DNA from: a virus
Taxonomy: Duplodnaviria > Caudoviricetes
IMG/VR virus record: IMGVR_UViG_3300033094_000132
Location: 1 to 34,865 of that record
Direction: 5' to 3' (one strand)
Length of the DNA: 34,865 nt
A program made the translations under genes and the position numbers. Under the pieces are notes generated by a model that saw only the letters and a program-made list of their open reading frames with translations, did not search any database and was not told the DNA's origin. Of the stretch, positions 8,037 to 16,114 are shown piece by piece (within the stretch, counting starts at the first letter, position 1; every line of letters begins with the position of its first letter).

Positions 8037-9037
8037 ATTATTGATTTAAATACTTGACTTCTCAACTCGTTTACCTTAAGTAAGTTAAATTTCTCCCTGC
8101 ACCATTCACCATTAGCAAGACCCATCTCTTGTCTATAAATAGCATCTTTGACAACTTTTTTAATATTTTCAAACCATCCGCCTTGATGACCTACTGGTAT
8201 AATGTATGGGCATTCAGAATAAGGTTTAACATTAGATACTATAACGGGTGCGTTCTTTGTGGCTGCCTCCAATACTTTAAGGTTGGACTTCATTGAGTTG
8301 AACTTTGAATCTACCAAAGGAATCAAACAAGCATCTGCCTCATTATAAAATTTCATATACTCATCAACTGGTAACGCTTCCCGTATGTAACCATCAACCT
8401 TGAATGCACAAAGATAATCGTTAATCATCCTTCCCCATTCATTTGCTACTTGCTTGTCTTGACTATAACCGCAAAGTATGAATCTTGAGTTATTCCTTGT
8501 TATAACATCTGTTGCAACACGCTTCATTGGATTCTTTAGGATTGCAATGTCTTTGCCGTGAGTTATTGAACCTGCGTAAACAAATCGTACTCTATCGGAT
8601 TCAGTCTTGACATCTGTAAACTGGTCTTGCCCATAAGGCAATGCGTTTGGTATTACTATCCAATTCGAGTTTAGTTCATCAATATGGACCGCCAAATCAT
8701 TATTTGAGCAGATAACCAAGTCAGCTATCTTGATATGGTCTATAACCTTTTGAGTTGGGTATTTGCCATAAAGGATGTGCCACGGGTCAAGATGCCAATA
8801 GTCATCAATATCAACCACTAACTTGAATCCGTACTTTTCACGCAGTCTTACCAATTTATCAACCTCCATACCTGCAATGTATCGGTTAATGAAAACAATG
8901 TCATACCCCTTCTCAAGTTCTTCCTCGGTAAGTACATCGGTCATCATTGCGAAGTCTTTAGGAAGATAGATAATCGGATTGAATAACCTATGAAAAGATA
9001 CCCCTGAGTTTCTTTGTCCGACTGTGATTATTCTCAT
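8033..9037 (-). CDS. GT-B (GT4-like) glycosyltransferase
   Basis: DIDDYW, YAGSITH and FNSMKSNLKVLEA...VIVSNV motifs. Confidence 0.85.
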   Translation of the reverse strand: MRIITVGQRNSGVSFHRLFNPIIYLPKDFAMMTDVLTEEELEKGYDIVFINRYIAGMEVDKLVRLREKYGFKLVVDIDDYWHLDPWHILYGKYPTQKVIDHIKIADLVICSNNDLAVHIDELNSNWIVIPNALPYGQDQFTDVKTESDRVRFVYAGSITHGKDIAILKNPMKRVATDVITRNNSRFILCGYSQDKQVANEWGRMINDYLCAFKVDGYIREALPVDEYMKFYNEADACLIPLVDSKFNSMKSNLKVLEAATKNAPVIVSNVKPYSECPYIIPVGHQGGWFENIKKVVKDAIYRQEMGLANGEWCREKFNLLKVNELRSQVFKSII

Positions 9038-9330
9038 TGCTTATTTTTAAATGGTCTGCCTTTCTTCTTTGGTGGTTCTTGGATGGGTTGCTCAACGTCT
9101 ATCAACTTAGTTGCTTGGTATTCATCCCAGTAATTACTTAACCGCTTCATCATGTCGGCAACACAATTGGCACACCATGAAGTAAGGATAAACCCACCAT
9201 CTAAGTACTTTCTGTAAATCTGCTCATATCCCACCAAGATATGCAAGGGTAGGTTCTTCATAAACCCTGCCTTAACACACTCAAAGTTGTAGATATTTTC
9301 TTTTATAAACTTTTCATCTTCTTGTGTCAT
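9034..9330 (-). CDS. Hypothetical protein with CxxC
   Basis: 98-aa coupled ORF, WCANCV, basic KKKGRP tail. Confidence 0.75.
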   Translation of the reverse strand: MTQEDEKFIKENIYNFECVKAGFMKNLPLHILVGYEQIYRKYLDGGFILTSWCANCVADMMKRLSNYWDEYQATKLIDVEQPIQEPPKKKGRPFKNKQ

Positions 9331-9332
9331 AG

Positions 9333-9545
9333 TTATTGATTATAATTTTCGTTGTAGTATTGTTCTGCCCTACCCATATTTGGGTCAAAGTTTGTACTCA
9401 TTCCATCATAGACTGCTTTCATTATCTGCTCCTTCTCCATTGCTTTTGCTTCTTCAATAAATTCATTCATTATAACACTATCTTTCGTTATATAATTTGA
9501 TTCAATCAATCCATTTATGAACCATTGTAATGCAGTCTGTGCCAT
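9333..9545 (-). CDS. Hypothetical protein
   Basis: 70-aa ORF, AKAMEKEQI...AEQYYNE. Confidence 0.75.
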   Translation of the reverse strand: MAQTALQWFINGLIESNYITKDSVIMNEFIEEAKAMEKEQIMKAVYDGMSTNFDPNMGRAEQYYNENYNQ

Positions 9546-9602
9546 AGTTTATCTGTTTTGATTTTAAAGGTGATTTACTACGTTATTTGTTATTTAATTA
9601 AA

Positions 9603-9773
9603 CTAAAAGATATCAAACATTGCATCTCTTTTGCGTTCTTCAAGTTTCGCTTTTCTCTGTGCGTTATCACACATCTTGCAATATACCGCCATTCGGTCAG
9701 TCCTTGCAGTTGATTTGCTAAACTTTGCTTTCTCTTTGTAGACTTTACACTTTGGGCAGATTTTTCCTTCCAT
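9603..9773 (-). CDS. 56-aa zinc-finger protein
   Basis: MEGKICPKCKVYK...YCKMC...; starts 3 nt after the upstream stop; below ORF-track cutoff. Confidence 0.75.
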   Translation of the reverse strand: MEGKICPKCKVYKEKAKFSKSTARTDRMAVYCKMCDNAQRKAKLEERKRDAMFDIF

Positions 9774-9776
9774 GAT

Positions 9777-10004
9777 TTACTTTTTAAAGAATTTATTTTT
9801 AAAATCTTCGTCTGTTACTATTCCGCTATAATCAGCAAATTGAGATTGACATTCAGCACATTCTAAAAACTCCGGTAATTTATATTCCTTTTTACCAATC
9901 AATTCTATGTATTCAACTTCAATTATTGCAGTCCATTTATAATTGCAATTTTTACAATGTGCATGACTAATTAAATAATTAATCCCCGAATCCATCTTCC
10001 TCAT
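9777..10004 (-). CDS. Zinc-ribbon hypothetical protein
   Basis: CKNC...CAEC; start could be the second Met. Confidence 0.7.
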   Translation of the reverse strand: MRKMDSGINYLISHAHCKNCNYKWTAIIEVEYIELIGKKEYKLPEFLECAECQSQFADYSGIVTDEDFKNKFFKK

Positions 10005-10155
10005 TTTTTATTTTATATATTTCTAAACATGCCCATTGGATTAGTGCTGATAATATTTCCTCTTTTTTATCATGCTCTAAATCATGGTAGTCAGGATAAA
10101 TTTGGAATATTTTATGCTGAATTTTGCCTTCTTCGTTAATACTTAATGTACTCAT
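9979..10155 (-). CDS. 58-aa hypothetical protein
   Basis: MSTLSINEEGKIQHKIF...EDGFGD; fills the gap between two ORFs. Confidence 0.6.
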   Translation of the reverse strand: MSTLSINEEGKIQHKIFQIYPDYHDLEHDKKEEILSALIQWACLEIYKIKNEEDGFGD

Positions 10156-10158
10156 TGT

Positions 10159-10410
10159 TTATTTTTTAAAGAATATGTTATTTAATAAGTTCCTGAATAG
10201 TGGTGCAGATACACCTGAAACGAATGCCACCAAAACGCAATTGAGAACGATTGTAGGCAGTAGGTACAGAATAACTGCTACATACACAGACATGCACATA
10301 TTGCAATTGAATGGTTTAAAATTGACTTTCAAGCGTTCAGGCAGTCTTGCCATATCTATTATGTAAAAGACAGAGAAAAGTGAGGCAATAACAACTTTAA
10401 GTAGTAACAT
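10159..10410 (-). CDS. Small membrane protein with KPFNCxxC motif
   Basis: Hydrophobic segments flank KPFNCNMC. Confidence 0.7.
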   Translation of the reverse strand: MLLLKVVIASLFSVFYIIDMARLPERLKVNFKPFNCNMCMSVYVAVILYLLPTIVLNCVLVAFVSGVSAPLFRNLLNNIFFKK

Positions 10411-10912
10411 GGTTTTTGATTTTATATTTAAGAAGTGTTCGTGTTTTCTTAATCGTTTTCATTAAGGACCTATAAGGTATGCCAGTATCCCTTGAAAGGG
10501 ACATTATGTTTTGTCCATTCTCTGAGTATAAGCGGAAGATTTCAAGTTCATACCAATGCAGAATCTTTAGGGAGTTGTTTAGTTTAACCGCTATTTCATC
10601 TGCTTGGATGGTATCACTTGAATCAGGTGCATCATGCTTCTCGGTCCATTCGGTAAAGGTTCTCCTAAACTTGTTGAAGAAGGTTGACCTATCAGATTTT
10701 ATCATTGAAAGCATAGTGCGTACCAAGTAGAACTTTATAAACCCGTTTTGATACATTGACATAAACTTTACCTCATCCATCTCACAAAGAACCATAAACA
10801 TCTCCTGCCTCAAGTCATCCTGCAACTCTATTGGTTGCATCTTCTTGATGGCATTGTCTATATCCTTGTCGGTGTATAGACTTTGGATGATATCGTTCTT
10901 TGTTATTGCCAT
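10397..10912 (-). CDS. ECF/sigma70-like RNA polymerase sigma factor
   Basis: Region-2-like DDLRQEMF and region-4 HTH LHWYELEIFRLY...SLSRDTGIPYRSL. Confidence 0.75.
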   Translation of the reverse strand: MAITKNDIIQSLYTDKDIDNAIKKMQPIELQDDLRQEMFMVLCEMDEVKFMSMYQNGFIKFYLVRTMLSMIKSDRSTFFNKFRRTFTEWTEKHDAPDSSDTIQADEIAVKLNNSLKILHWYELEIFRLYSENGQNIMSLSRDTGIPYRSLMKTIKKTRTLLKYKIKNHVTT

Positions 10913-11208
10913 TCGTTTATCTCAGGGATTCCTTTGTTATCAGTTGCAAGGTAGCACAAACAACCTGCATTTTTTGCTCTATTGAGAAAAACTATTTGAT
11001 AATCACTTAATTTATCCGCAATAGTTTTAACCTCACAATAGACCGCCTTGCCAGTTGACTTATGGAATCCAATAATGTCAGCAACACCTCTCTCACCAAT
11101 AAACTTTCTGCCTGGGATAGACAGATTGTTGTTTCGCCAAACATAGCACCCAAGTCCTTCCAACTTGATTAATGCAAACTTTGTAATCATCCCTGCGGTT
11201 AAGTCCAT
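10903..11208 (-). CDS. VRR-NUC domain nuclease (resolvase-like)
   Basis: GVADI, CEVKT and LSDYQIVFL PD-(D/E)xK pattern. Confidence 0.85.
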   Translation of the reverse strand: MDLTAGMITKFALIKLEGLGCYVWRNNNLSIPGRKFIGERGVADIIGFHKSTGKAVYCEVKTIADKLSDYQIVFLNRAKNAGCLCYLATDNKGIPEINEWQ

Positions 11209-11969
11209 TATCCTCTATTTATCAGTTTAGTAAAGTATTCAGAAACCGCCATTCGGTAGCATTGATGCTCCATATAATCCTCATCCTTCATCCGATTCTT
11301 CACGTCTATCTTGTCTTGTCTGCTACCTTCAAACATTTTCTCATTCATAGCGGTCAGGACCTTCTCATAGGTTTCTGAAGGTGTGACAATGATGCTACCA
11401 CGTTTATGCAAGATATTAAACACATCCACTCCGAATACTATGTTATCCCATTGCCTGAACTTCTTGAAGCAATCAAAAGCAGTTTCTATCTTTTCATCAT
11501 CTGAAATAAATCTTGGATTCCACTTGCTTTCTTCCTTTGGCTTAATATCATTAAGTTTCTGCATACCATACCTTGCAAATGCCCTTAGAAGTCTGTGAAG
11601 GTATAATACTGAAAAGTTTTGATAGGTTTCTGCTTCCATATCAAGTTTACCTTTACTTGCCAAATCAAAAGCAAGGGTTAATTCACCTAACTTAATGTTA
11701 GGGTATTCCTCAACGATTGACTTATACATTACAGATAGTTCCTCTTTATTGGGTATCTTATCTCCTTTAATGCCAAGTTTATGCATACCCCTTATGAGTT
11801 CATCCACTACCAAAGCAATGCTGACAGTATTTAACTTTTCAGAAGTTCTTGCATATTTAAACCTTTCCAGGTCCAATGCCTCTGATTCGGTCAATCTCGG
11901 AGAAGTAGTCATGGTATTCGTTTCGTTTCTCATTATAGACGTCAAAGTTTGACTTAGTGCTTGTTCCAT
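11208..11969 (-). CDS. Replication-associated protein (possible helicase loader, lambda P position)
   Basis: 253-aa ORF immediately after the initiator; function inferred from position. Confidence 0.5.
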   Translation of the reverse strand: MEQALSQTLTSIMRNETNTMTTSPRLTESEALDLERFKYARTSEKLNTVSIALVVDELIRGMHKLGIKGDKIPNKEELSVMYKSIVEEYPNIKLGELTLAFDLASKGKLDMEAETYQNFSVLYLHRLLRAFARYGMQKLNDIKPKEESKWNPRFISDDEKIETAFDCFKKFRQWDNIVFGVDVFNILHKRGSIIVTPSETYEKVLTAMNEKMFEGSRQDKIDVKNRMKDEDYMEHQCYRMAVSEYFTKLINRG

Positions 11970-12615
11970 TTTTATTTTCTTTAAGTTTAAATAATCCTTT
12001 GTAATTGTTTGAGATACTTTGATTGATAACTTTTTTCGCAGTTTCTAAGTCGCCACCTGAAAGGTCTACCAAGTTGTTAATGGCAGTCTGTTCGGTTTTA
12101 GAACTTTTGAACTTGTTACCATGCTCAACTTTTTTATATTCCATCCATCCTTTCCAAACATCTTCCCAATCATCTGAAATAAACACTAACTCTTTTATTT
12201 GTATTAAATCTTTCTTTTGTATGGAATTAGTCTTTTGTATAATGGCACTTTCACCGAAGTCGGTAATTTCCGAAGTCGGTGTTTTCCGAACTCGGATATC
12301 TTGGTTCTCGGCAGGTAAGTCATATACTACATGATTCCATCCTACAAACCTACCAGTACCAAGGTCATGCATCTTTATTGATAAGATATAACCTTTGTTT
12401 TGCAATCCTTTAAATGCTCTGTCTATTGTGCCAGGTTTATCGGGTAGGTTGTTGTAGAGATTCTTTTTGTAAATAACCCAATCTGAAGGAAGTGATAATA
12501 AATAACTTAAAAGACCTTTCTCATCAAGTGACAAAGTCTTGGACTTTATCAACTCATTTGGCAGAGTTGTGAACCTTTCGGTTGACTTGCTCTTTACTAT
12601 TTGCCCAGTGTTCAT
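11857..12615 (-). CDS. Phage replication initiator/replisome organiser (N-terminal wHTH)
   Basis: FTTLPNELI..LSLDEKGLLSYLLSLPSDW N-terminus; W..WMEYKK C-terminal domain. Confidence 0.75.
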   Translation of the reverse strand: MNTGQIVKSKSTERFTTLPNELIKSKTLSLDEKGLLSYLLSLPSDWVIYKKNLYNNLPDKPGTIDRAFKGLQNKGYILSIKMHDLGTGRFVGWNHVVYDLPAENQDIRVRKTPTSEITDFGESAIIQKTNSIQKKDLIQIKELVFISDDWEDVWKGWMEYKKVEHGNKFKSSKTEQTAINNLVDLSGGDLETAKKVINQSISNNYKGLFKLKENKNGTSTKSNFDVYNEKRNEYHDYFSEIDRIRGIGPGKV

Positions 12616-12621
12616 AAAAAT

Positions 12622-12714
12622 AAAAAAGGGAAACCGAGTGTAGTATGTTTACCCGATTCCCCATTATTGTCTGTACTTACAAACAAGCATCTGCATACTA
12701 CCTCAAATGCTTGT
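12622..12714 (-). promoter_or_regulatory. Kissing-loop attenuator-like leader 2
   Basis: ACAAGCATTTG-AGGTAGTATG-CAGATGCTTGT then GGGGAATCGGGT-AAACATACTAC-ACTCGGTTTCCC-TTTTTT; loops pair GTAGTATG/CATACTAC. Confidence 0.75.
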
Positions 12715-12722
12715 CTACTTTG

Positions 12723-12730
12723 CGAAGATA
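12723..12730 (-). promoter_or_regulatory. Bacteroidota-type -7 box (TATCTTCG)
   Basis: One mismatch from TAnnTTTG, directly before leader 2. Confidence 0.55.
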
Positions 12731-12735
12731 CAAAA

Positions 12736-12984
12736 CTATTCACTTATTGCATCTTTTTTCTTTACTCGGACCGCATAGGTTTTGCCATCAAGTCTGCTAA
12801 TTACCTTCCTCCCAACCTGCCTCAAGTCTGAAATCTTATTAGGAGGATATCCCATGAAGTTGCAGACACACTTCCCAGACCGATAAGTAACCGCCTTTTT
12901 CTTCCTTTCTTGTATATCCTCAATGGAAAGGTCATAGACCAAGTACTCAACCGCATTCTCCAAATGATATGTTATGTCCTTCAT
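12736..12984 (-). CDS. Hypothetical basic protein (possible NUMOD1-like HTH)
   Basis: 82-aa ATGA-coupled ORF; VYDL...YRSGKCVCNFMG pattern. Domain call is weak. Confidence 0.65.
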   Translation of the reverse strand: MKDITYHLENAVEYLVYDLSIEDIQERKKKAVTYRSGKCVCNFMGYPPNKISDLRQVGRKVISRLDGKTYAVRVKKKDAISE

Positions 12985-13091
12985 TTAAACCTAATTTTGA
13001 GCATCAAAACGATAGATGCTAATGAATAAATAACAATTGCAACTGGTATGGCTACAAAGATGAAATAAAGCCATTCAAATAATATTTTCAT
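12981..13091 (-). CDS. 36-aa single-pass membrane peptide
   Basis: MKILFEWLYFIFVAIPVAIVIYSLASIVLMLKIRFK; ATGA overlaps at both ends. Confidence 0.75.
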   Translation of the reverse strand: MKILFEWLYFIFVAIPVAIVIYSLASIVLMLKIRFK

Positions 13092-13555
13092 ATATCCATT
13101 ATTAGTCGGTCTTGAGAGATTCCGTAGGTATCTCCATAACCAAAGTTTACAATATTCTCAGGCTTAAAGACTTCAGAACCTGGGAAAAACCCCTTTAACT
13201 CATAGGTAGGCATCTCACCAACCATTAAAACATAGTAAGCAGGTTTAAGGTAATTCTCTTTCCACTTACCAATCAATAGCATTCCGTGAGGTTTATTGGT
13301 TGTTTTAACATCTATGAATCCGATGTTATTAATTGCACAATCAAATGCCATAGGTTGCTCAATAGACATATCAGGGTAGATGTTTTTTATTTTACAAAAA
13401 GCAAACTCCCCACCAGTTCCTTCAAGGTTAATTTGTAGGTCATCCCCATTACCCATCTTGTATGATTTGGTACCTCTATCAATATTGGTCAGATGCCTTG
13501 CAAGTGCAATCTCTTGTACAATTACTTGCTCTTGATAATTAAGTGTTACTTTCAT
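13088..13555 (-). CDS. Putative PD-(D/E)xK-like nuclease-fold protein (155 aa)
   Basis: GEFAF, FD and IDVKTT motifs; start moved to ATG 13555 behind the AAATCACA motif. Confidence 0.6.
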   Translation of the reverse strand: MKVTLNYQEQVIVQEIALARHLTNIDRGTKSYKMGNGDDLQINLEGTGGEFAFCKIKNIYPDMSIEQPMAFDCAINNIGFIDVKTTNKPHGMLLIGKWKENYLKPAYYVLMVGEMPTYELKGFFPGSEVFKPENIVNFGYGDTYGISQDRLIMDI

Positions 13556-13573
13556 TGTGATTTGATTTAAAGT

Positions 13574-13596
13574 GGGTGAGGTGATTAACCCCACCC
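13574..13596 (-). other. Intergenic hairpin after the SSB gene
   Basis: GGGTGGGGT-TAATC-ACCTCACCC with no strong U tract; mRNA stabiliser or processing site. Confidence 0.55.
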
Positions 13597-13603
13597 GTTT
13601 AGA

Positions 13604-13870
13604 TTAAAATGGTACATCCCCGTAGTCATCGTTCTGTGCAGGTTTGCTTCCGCTTACTAAGAACTTGGCATTTCCTAAGATAGTACCCTTCTGCCCTGCT
13701 TCCCTTTCTTCCTTTGTGATGGATTCAACGATAAAACCATTGTTACCATACTGGTCTACTTCTTCCTTCAGGAACAATGTTGCGGACAAATACTGTCCTT
13801 TTTTACCCTTGTAGAGTCTTTTGGCATCAATTTTACTTACATCAATTGAAAGGCTGATTAACTTTTGCAT
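13604..13870 (-). CDS. Single-stranded DNA-binding protein (phage type)
   Basis: Short beta-rich protein with acidic DDYGDVPF C-terminus, near the annealing protein. Confidence 0.7.
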   Translation of the reverse strand: MQKLISLSIDVSKIDAKRLYKGKKGQYLSATLFLKEEVDQYGNNGFIVESITKEEREAGQKGTILGNAKFLVSGSKPAQNDDYGDVPF

Positions 13871-13876
13871 ATTTGT

Positions 13877-14308
13877 TTATTTACTGAGTTGAATTTTGAA
13901 TGTGGAAGATGCGGACTTTATTGATAGGTCGCCTTTGTGATAGGTCCTCTCTTTATCCTCAATCTCCTTTTGTTGTTCCTTTAACACCTTGATTTGTTCT
14001 TCAAGTTCGTTCCACCCTGGGAGGTCTGAGTAATCATACTTGATTGTAACCATCTCGCTAACTGATGCACCAAGTACCTCTGCCTTACCTTTTGGATGCT
14101 TTACAAGTTCTGCAAGAACATTCTCGGTAATTCGGATTTTTACCGACTTAGCAAGTTGTTCTATACTATTGAACTTGATTGCAACATCTAATGGGTCAAG
14201 CAGTCCTTCGTTTATCTGCTCTTGAATGCTATCGGCAAGAAGTTCAATGCCAAACTTAGTGGGTGCAATATCCCCCACCTTTAAATCATTTACTGCTAAT
14301 GAGTTCAT
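13877..14308 (-). CDS. Hypothetical protein of the recombination module
   Basis: 143-aa ORF with coiled coil, between SSAP and SSB. Confidence 0.7.
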   Translation of the reverse strand: MNSLAVNDLKVGDIAPTKFGIELLADSIQEQINEGLLDPLDVAIKFNSIEQLAKSVKIRITENVLAELVKHPKGKAEVLGASVSEMVTIKYDYSDLPGWNELEEQIKVLKEQQKEIEDKERTYHKGDLSIKSASSTFKIQLSK

Positions 14309-15008
14309 TCTTTTTAGTTTTAAGTGCTTCCTTTACAAATTGGTTAGTTTCAATCTTATGCTTATTGGCATCATATACCGCTTTCAAATCTGCAATAGTT
14401 TCAGACTTATTAATGGCAATCATTAGCTTTCCGATAGATAACTTTTCTGCTTCTGCATCTTCAATAATCTCTACTGCTTCCACTTCCATCTGAGGCAATG
14501 CTTCTACCATTGTCTGCAATGCCCCTACGGTTGCATTAGGGATTGATTCTGCCTCTGATTCATCCAAGACACCTAATCCCAAGAGGTCAAGTGTTGCCCT
14601 CCGTTTTGCCTTGGTTTCTGCCTTCATAATGGCATTAGCATAAGCCTCACCTTTAAGACCTTGGATGTTGACTGCCCCAAGTGATTCTGTACACCTACCA
14701 TCAGGAAGGGATGCCTTTGAGGTTACAATATAAACCCCTGCATCTGTATTGGTGTCACGGGAAGTAATCAAGTGAGATACTTTGTGGAGTTTGTTAAGTT
14801 GCTGGGTACCTGACCTTGTACAGTAAAGGACCTCTTTACCATTAAGTCTGAGCAAGTCAAAAGGCTTTGTAAATGGGTCAAGTCCCATTCTTTCGCAATA
14901 CCCGTTATAGTACCTTACTTTGTCGTTTGCCGACAACTTGCTCAAGTCCCCCTGAAGGATTAGCTGATTCGCAATTGATGTCTGTTGATTCTGATTCTGT
15001 TGATTCAT
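14286..15008 (-). CDS. Single-strand annealing recombinase (RecT/Sak-like)
   Basis: GLDPF and MKAETKAKRRA..LGLG..DESE motifs; next to SSB. Confidence 0.7.
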   Translation of the reverse strand: MNQQNQNQQTSIANQLILQGDLSKLSANDKVRYYNGYCERMGLDPFTKPFDLLRLNGKEVLYCTRSGTQQLNKLHKVSHLITSRDTNTDAGVYIVTSKASLPDGRCTESLGAVNIQGLKGEAYANAIMKAETKAKRRATLDLLGLGVLDESEAESIPNATVGALQTMVEALPQMEVEAVEIIEDAEAEKLSIGKLMIAINKSETIADLKAVYDANKHKIETNQFVKEALKTKKNELISSK

Positions 15009-15243
15009 TGTTTTGTGATTTGATTAAATATGGAAAAGGCTTTTCTATTCTGTGAGGTGTTGAATTCTTCATCTTAGATACTTGGGTTATGTATATCTCC
15101 CATTCTTTAACGCTTTTTAACCCATAAAAGTAATACCATTGATGTCTAATTCTTTCTATGCTTTCGTGATTCCTTAATGGGAATGCGGTTGCTCTAACTT
15201 CTCCCTTAACCTCCAAGATCATCTCTATTCTTTCATAGTACAT
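14905..15243 (-). CDS. Hypothetical protein
   Basis: 112-aa ORF; its tail overlaps the recombinase start. Confidence 0.65.
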   Translation of the reverse strand: MYYERIEMILEVKGEVRATAFPLRNHESIERIRHQWYYFYGLKSVKEWEIYITQVSKMKNSTPHRIEKPFPYLIKSQNNESTESESTDINCESANPSGGLEQVVGKRQSKVL

Positions 15244-15487
15244 AATCTTCCTGCTTTAGTTTTTCATCTGCATACTTTTCAATGCACTTCTGCTCTATGA
15301 GTTCATAAAGGTCTTGCTTATACTCAGGCAGGAAATGGAATGCCCAATACCCTGGGGAAGTAATTACATCAACCTTAACATCCCAAGAATCATCTACAAT
15401 ATTTACAGATGCATAAACAGAAATACTAATGTCAATTGTTGAGTTAAACCATTCTTTGGGTAACTTAAGAAAAATAGAAGTAGTCAT
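15233..15487 (-). CDS. Hypothetical early protein
   Basis: 84-aa ORF with AAATCACATG start context. Confidence 0.75.
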   Translation of the reverse strand: MTTSIFLKLPKEWFNSTIDISISVYASVNIVDDSWDVKVDVITSPGYWAFHFLPEYKQDLYELIEQKCIEKYADEKLKQEDYVL

Positions 15488-15508
15488 GTGATTTGATTTG
15501 ATTTAAAG

Positions 15509-15679
15509 TTAAGAAATTTTGTCTAATGTATAAAACAATTTCTGCATAGTTTCAAGCCTAACCTTGCCCGTTTTCTCTGCTCGGTTAATGGTTGCAAGGC
15601 TGATGCCTGAGATAGATGCAAGTTTCTCTTGGGTCACATCCTTTCCCCTTCTAATCTTTCTGAGTTCTTCTTTTGTCAT
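15509..15679 (-). CDS. XRE/Cro-family HTH regulator (56 aa)
   Basis: LRKIRRGKDVTQEKLASISGISLATINRAEKTG is a canonical HTH_3 pattern; missed by the ORF track. Confidence 0.9.
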   Translation of the reverse strand: MTKEELRKIRRGKDVTQEKLASISGISLATINRAEKTGKVRLETMQKLFYTLDKIS

Positions 15680-15690
15680 TGTTTGGTTTT

Positions 15691-15933
15691 TTATTCGTTA
15701 TTTAAAATAATTACGCATTCATCGCAGCCTTTACCTTCGCACTCGGGACACGGTTGCTCTATTGCATCAGGCATGATTACTGACCTCACCCATCCCATTG
15801 CTCGGAACTGCTCAACACTTGTGCTAAGATAGTTGACCGCTTCGCCTGAGTATATCATGGCATCTATTAACTCTCCAAGTAACTTGTGCCGTTCATAAGT
15901 GTTTAGGTCGCCCCATTTTGGTAGTTGGTTCAT
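15691..15933 (-). CDS. Hypothetical early protein with CxxCxGxGCxxC
   Basis: C-terminal CPECEGKGCDEC. Confidence 0.75.
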   Translation of the reverse strand: MNQLPKWGDLNTYERHKLLGELIDAMIYSGEAVNYLSTSVEQFRAMGWVRSVIMPDAIEQPCPECEGKGCDECVIILNNE

Positions 15934-15944
15934 GTGATTTAATT

Positions 15945-16019
15945 TTAAAGGTTATCTGCAAAGCAGAATGCAAGACAAAGAATGATGATGATGATGGTTT
16001 GAACAGTTGACTTTTTCAT
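15945..16019 (-). CDS. 24-aa hydrophobic peptide, first early gene
   Basis: MKKSTVQTIIIIILCLAFCFADNL; AAATCACATG start context 22 nt after the promoter box. Confidence 0.65.
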   Translation of the reverse strand: MKKSTVQTIIIIILCLAFCFADNL

Positions 16020-16041
16020 GTGATTTGTTTTGATTATTTAC

Positions 16042-16049
16042 CAAAAATA
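16042..16049 (-). promoter_or_regulatory. Main early promoter -7 box (TATTTTTG)
   Basis: TAnnTTTG match with upstream TTG and an AT-rich tract, after the late-operon terminator. Confidence 0.7.
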
Positions 16050-16114
16050 AACTTTTTTTTCATATAAACAATACTTTTTTAATCTTTTTAAAAATATTTT
16101 TTTGCAGTTATCCC

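Noticed and set aside
15629-15832. 67-aa minus-strand ORF from the track
   Set aside because: Overlaps two better genes (15691..15933 and the XRE gene at 15509..15679) in another frame.
15982-15995. (ATC)n microsatellite as a phase-variation switch
   Set aside because: Triplet repeat, in frame, encodes the Ile run of the 24-aa peptide.
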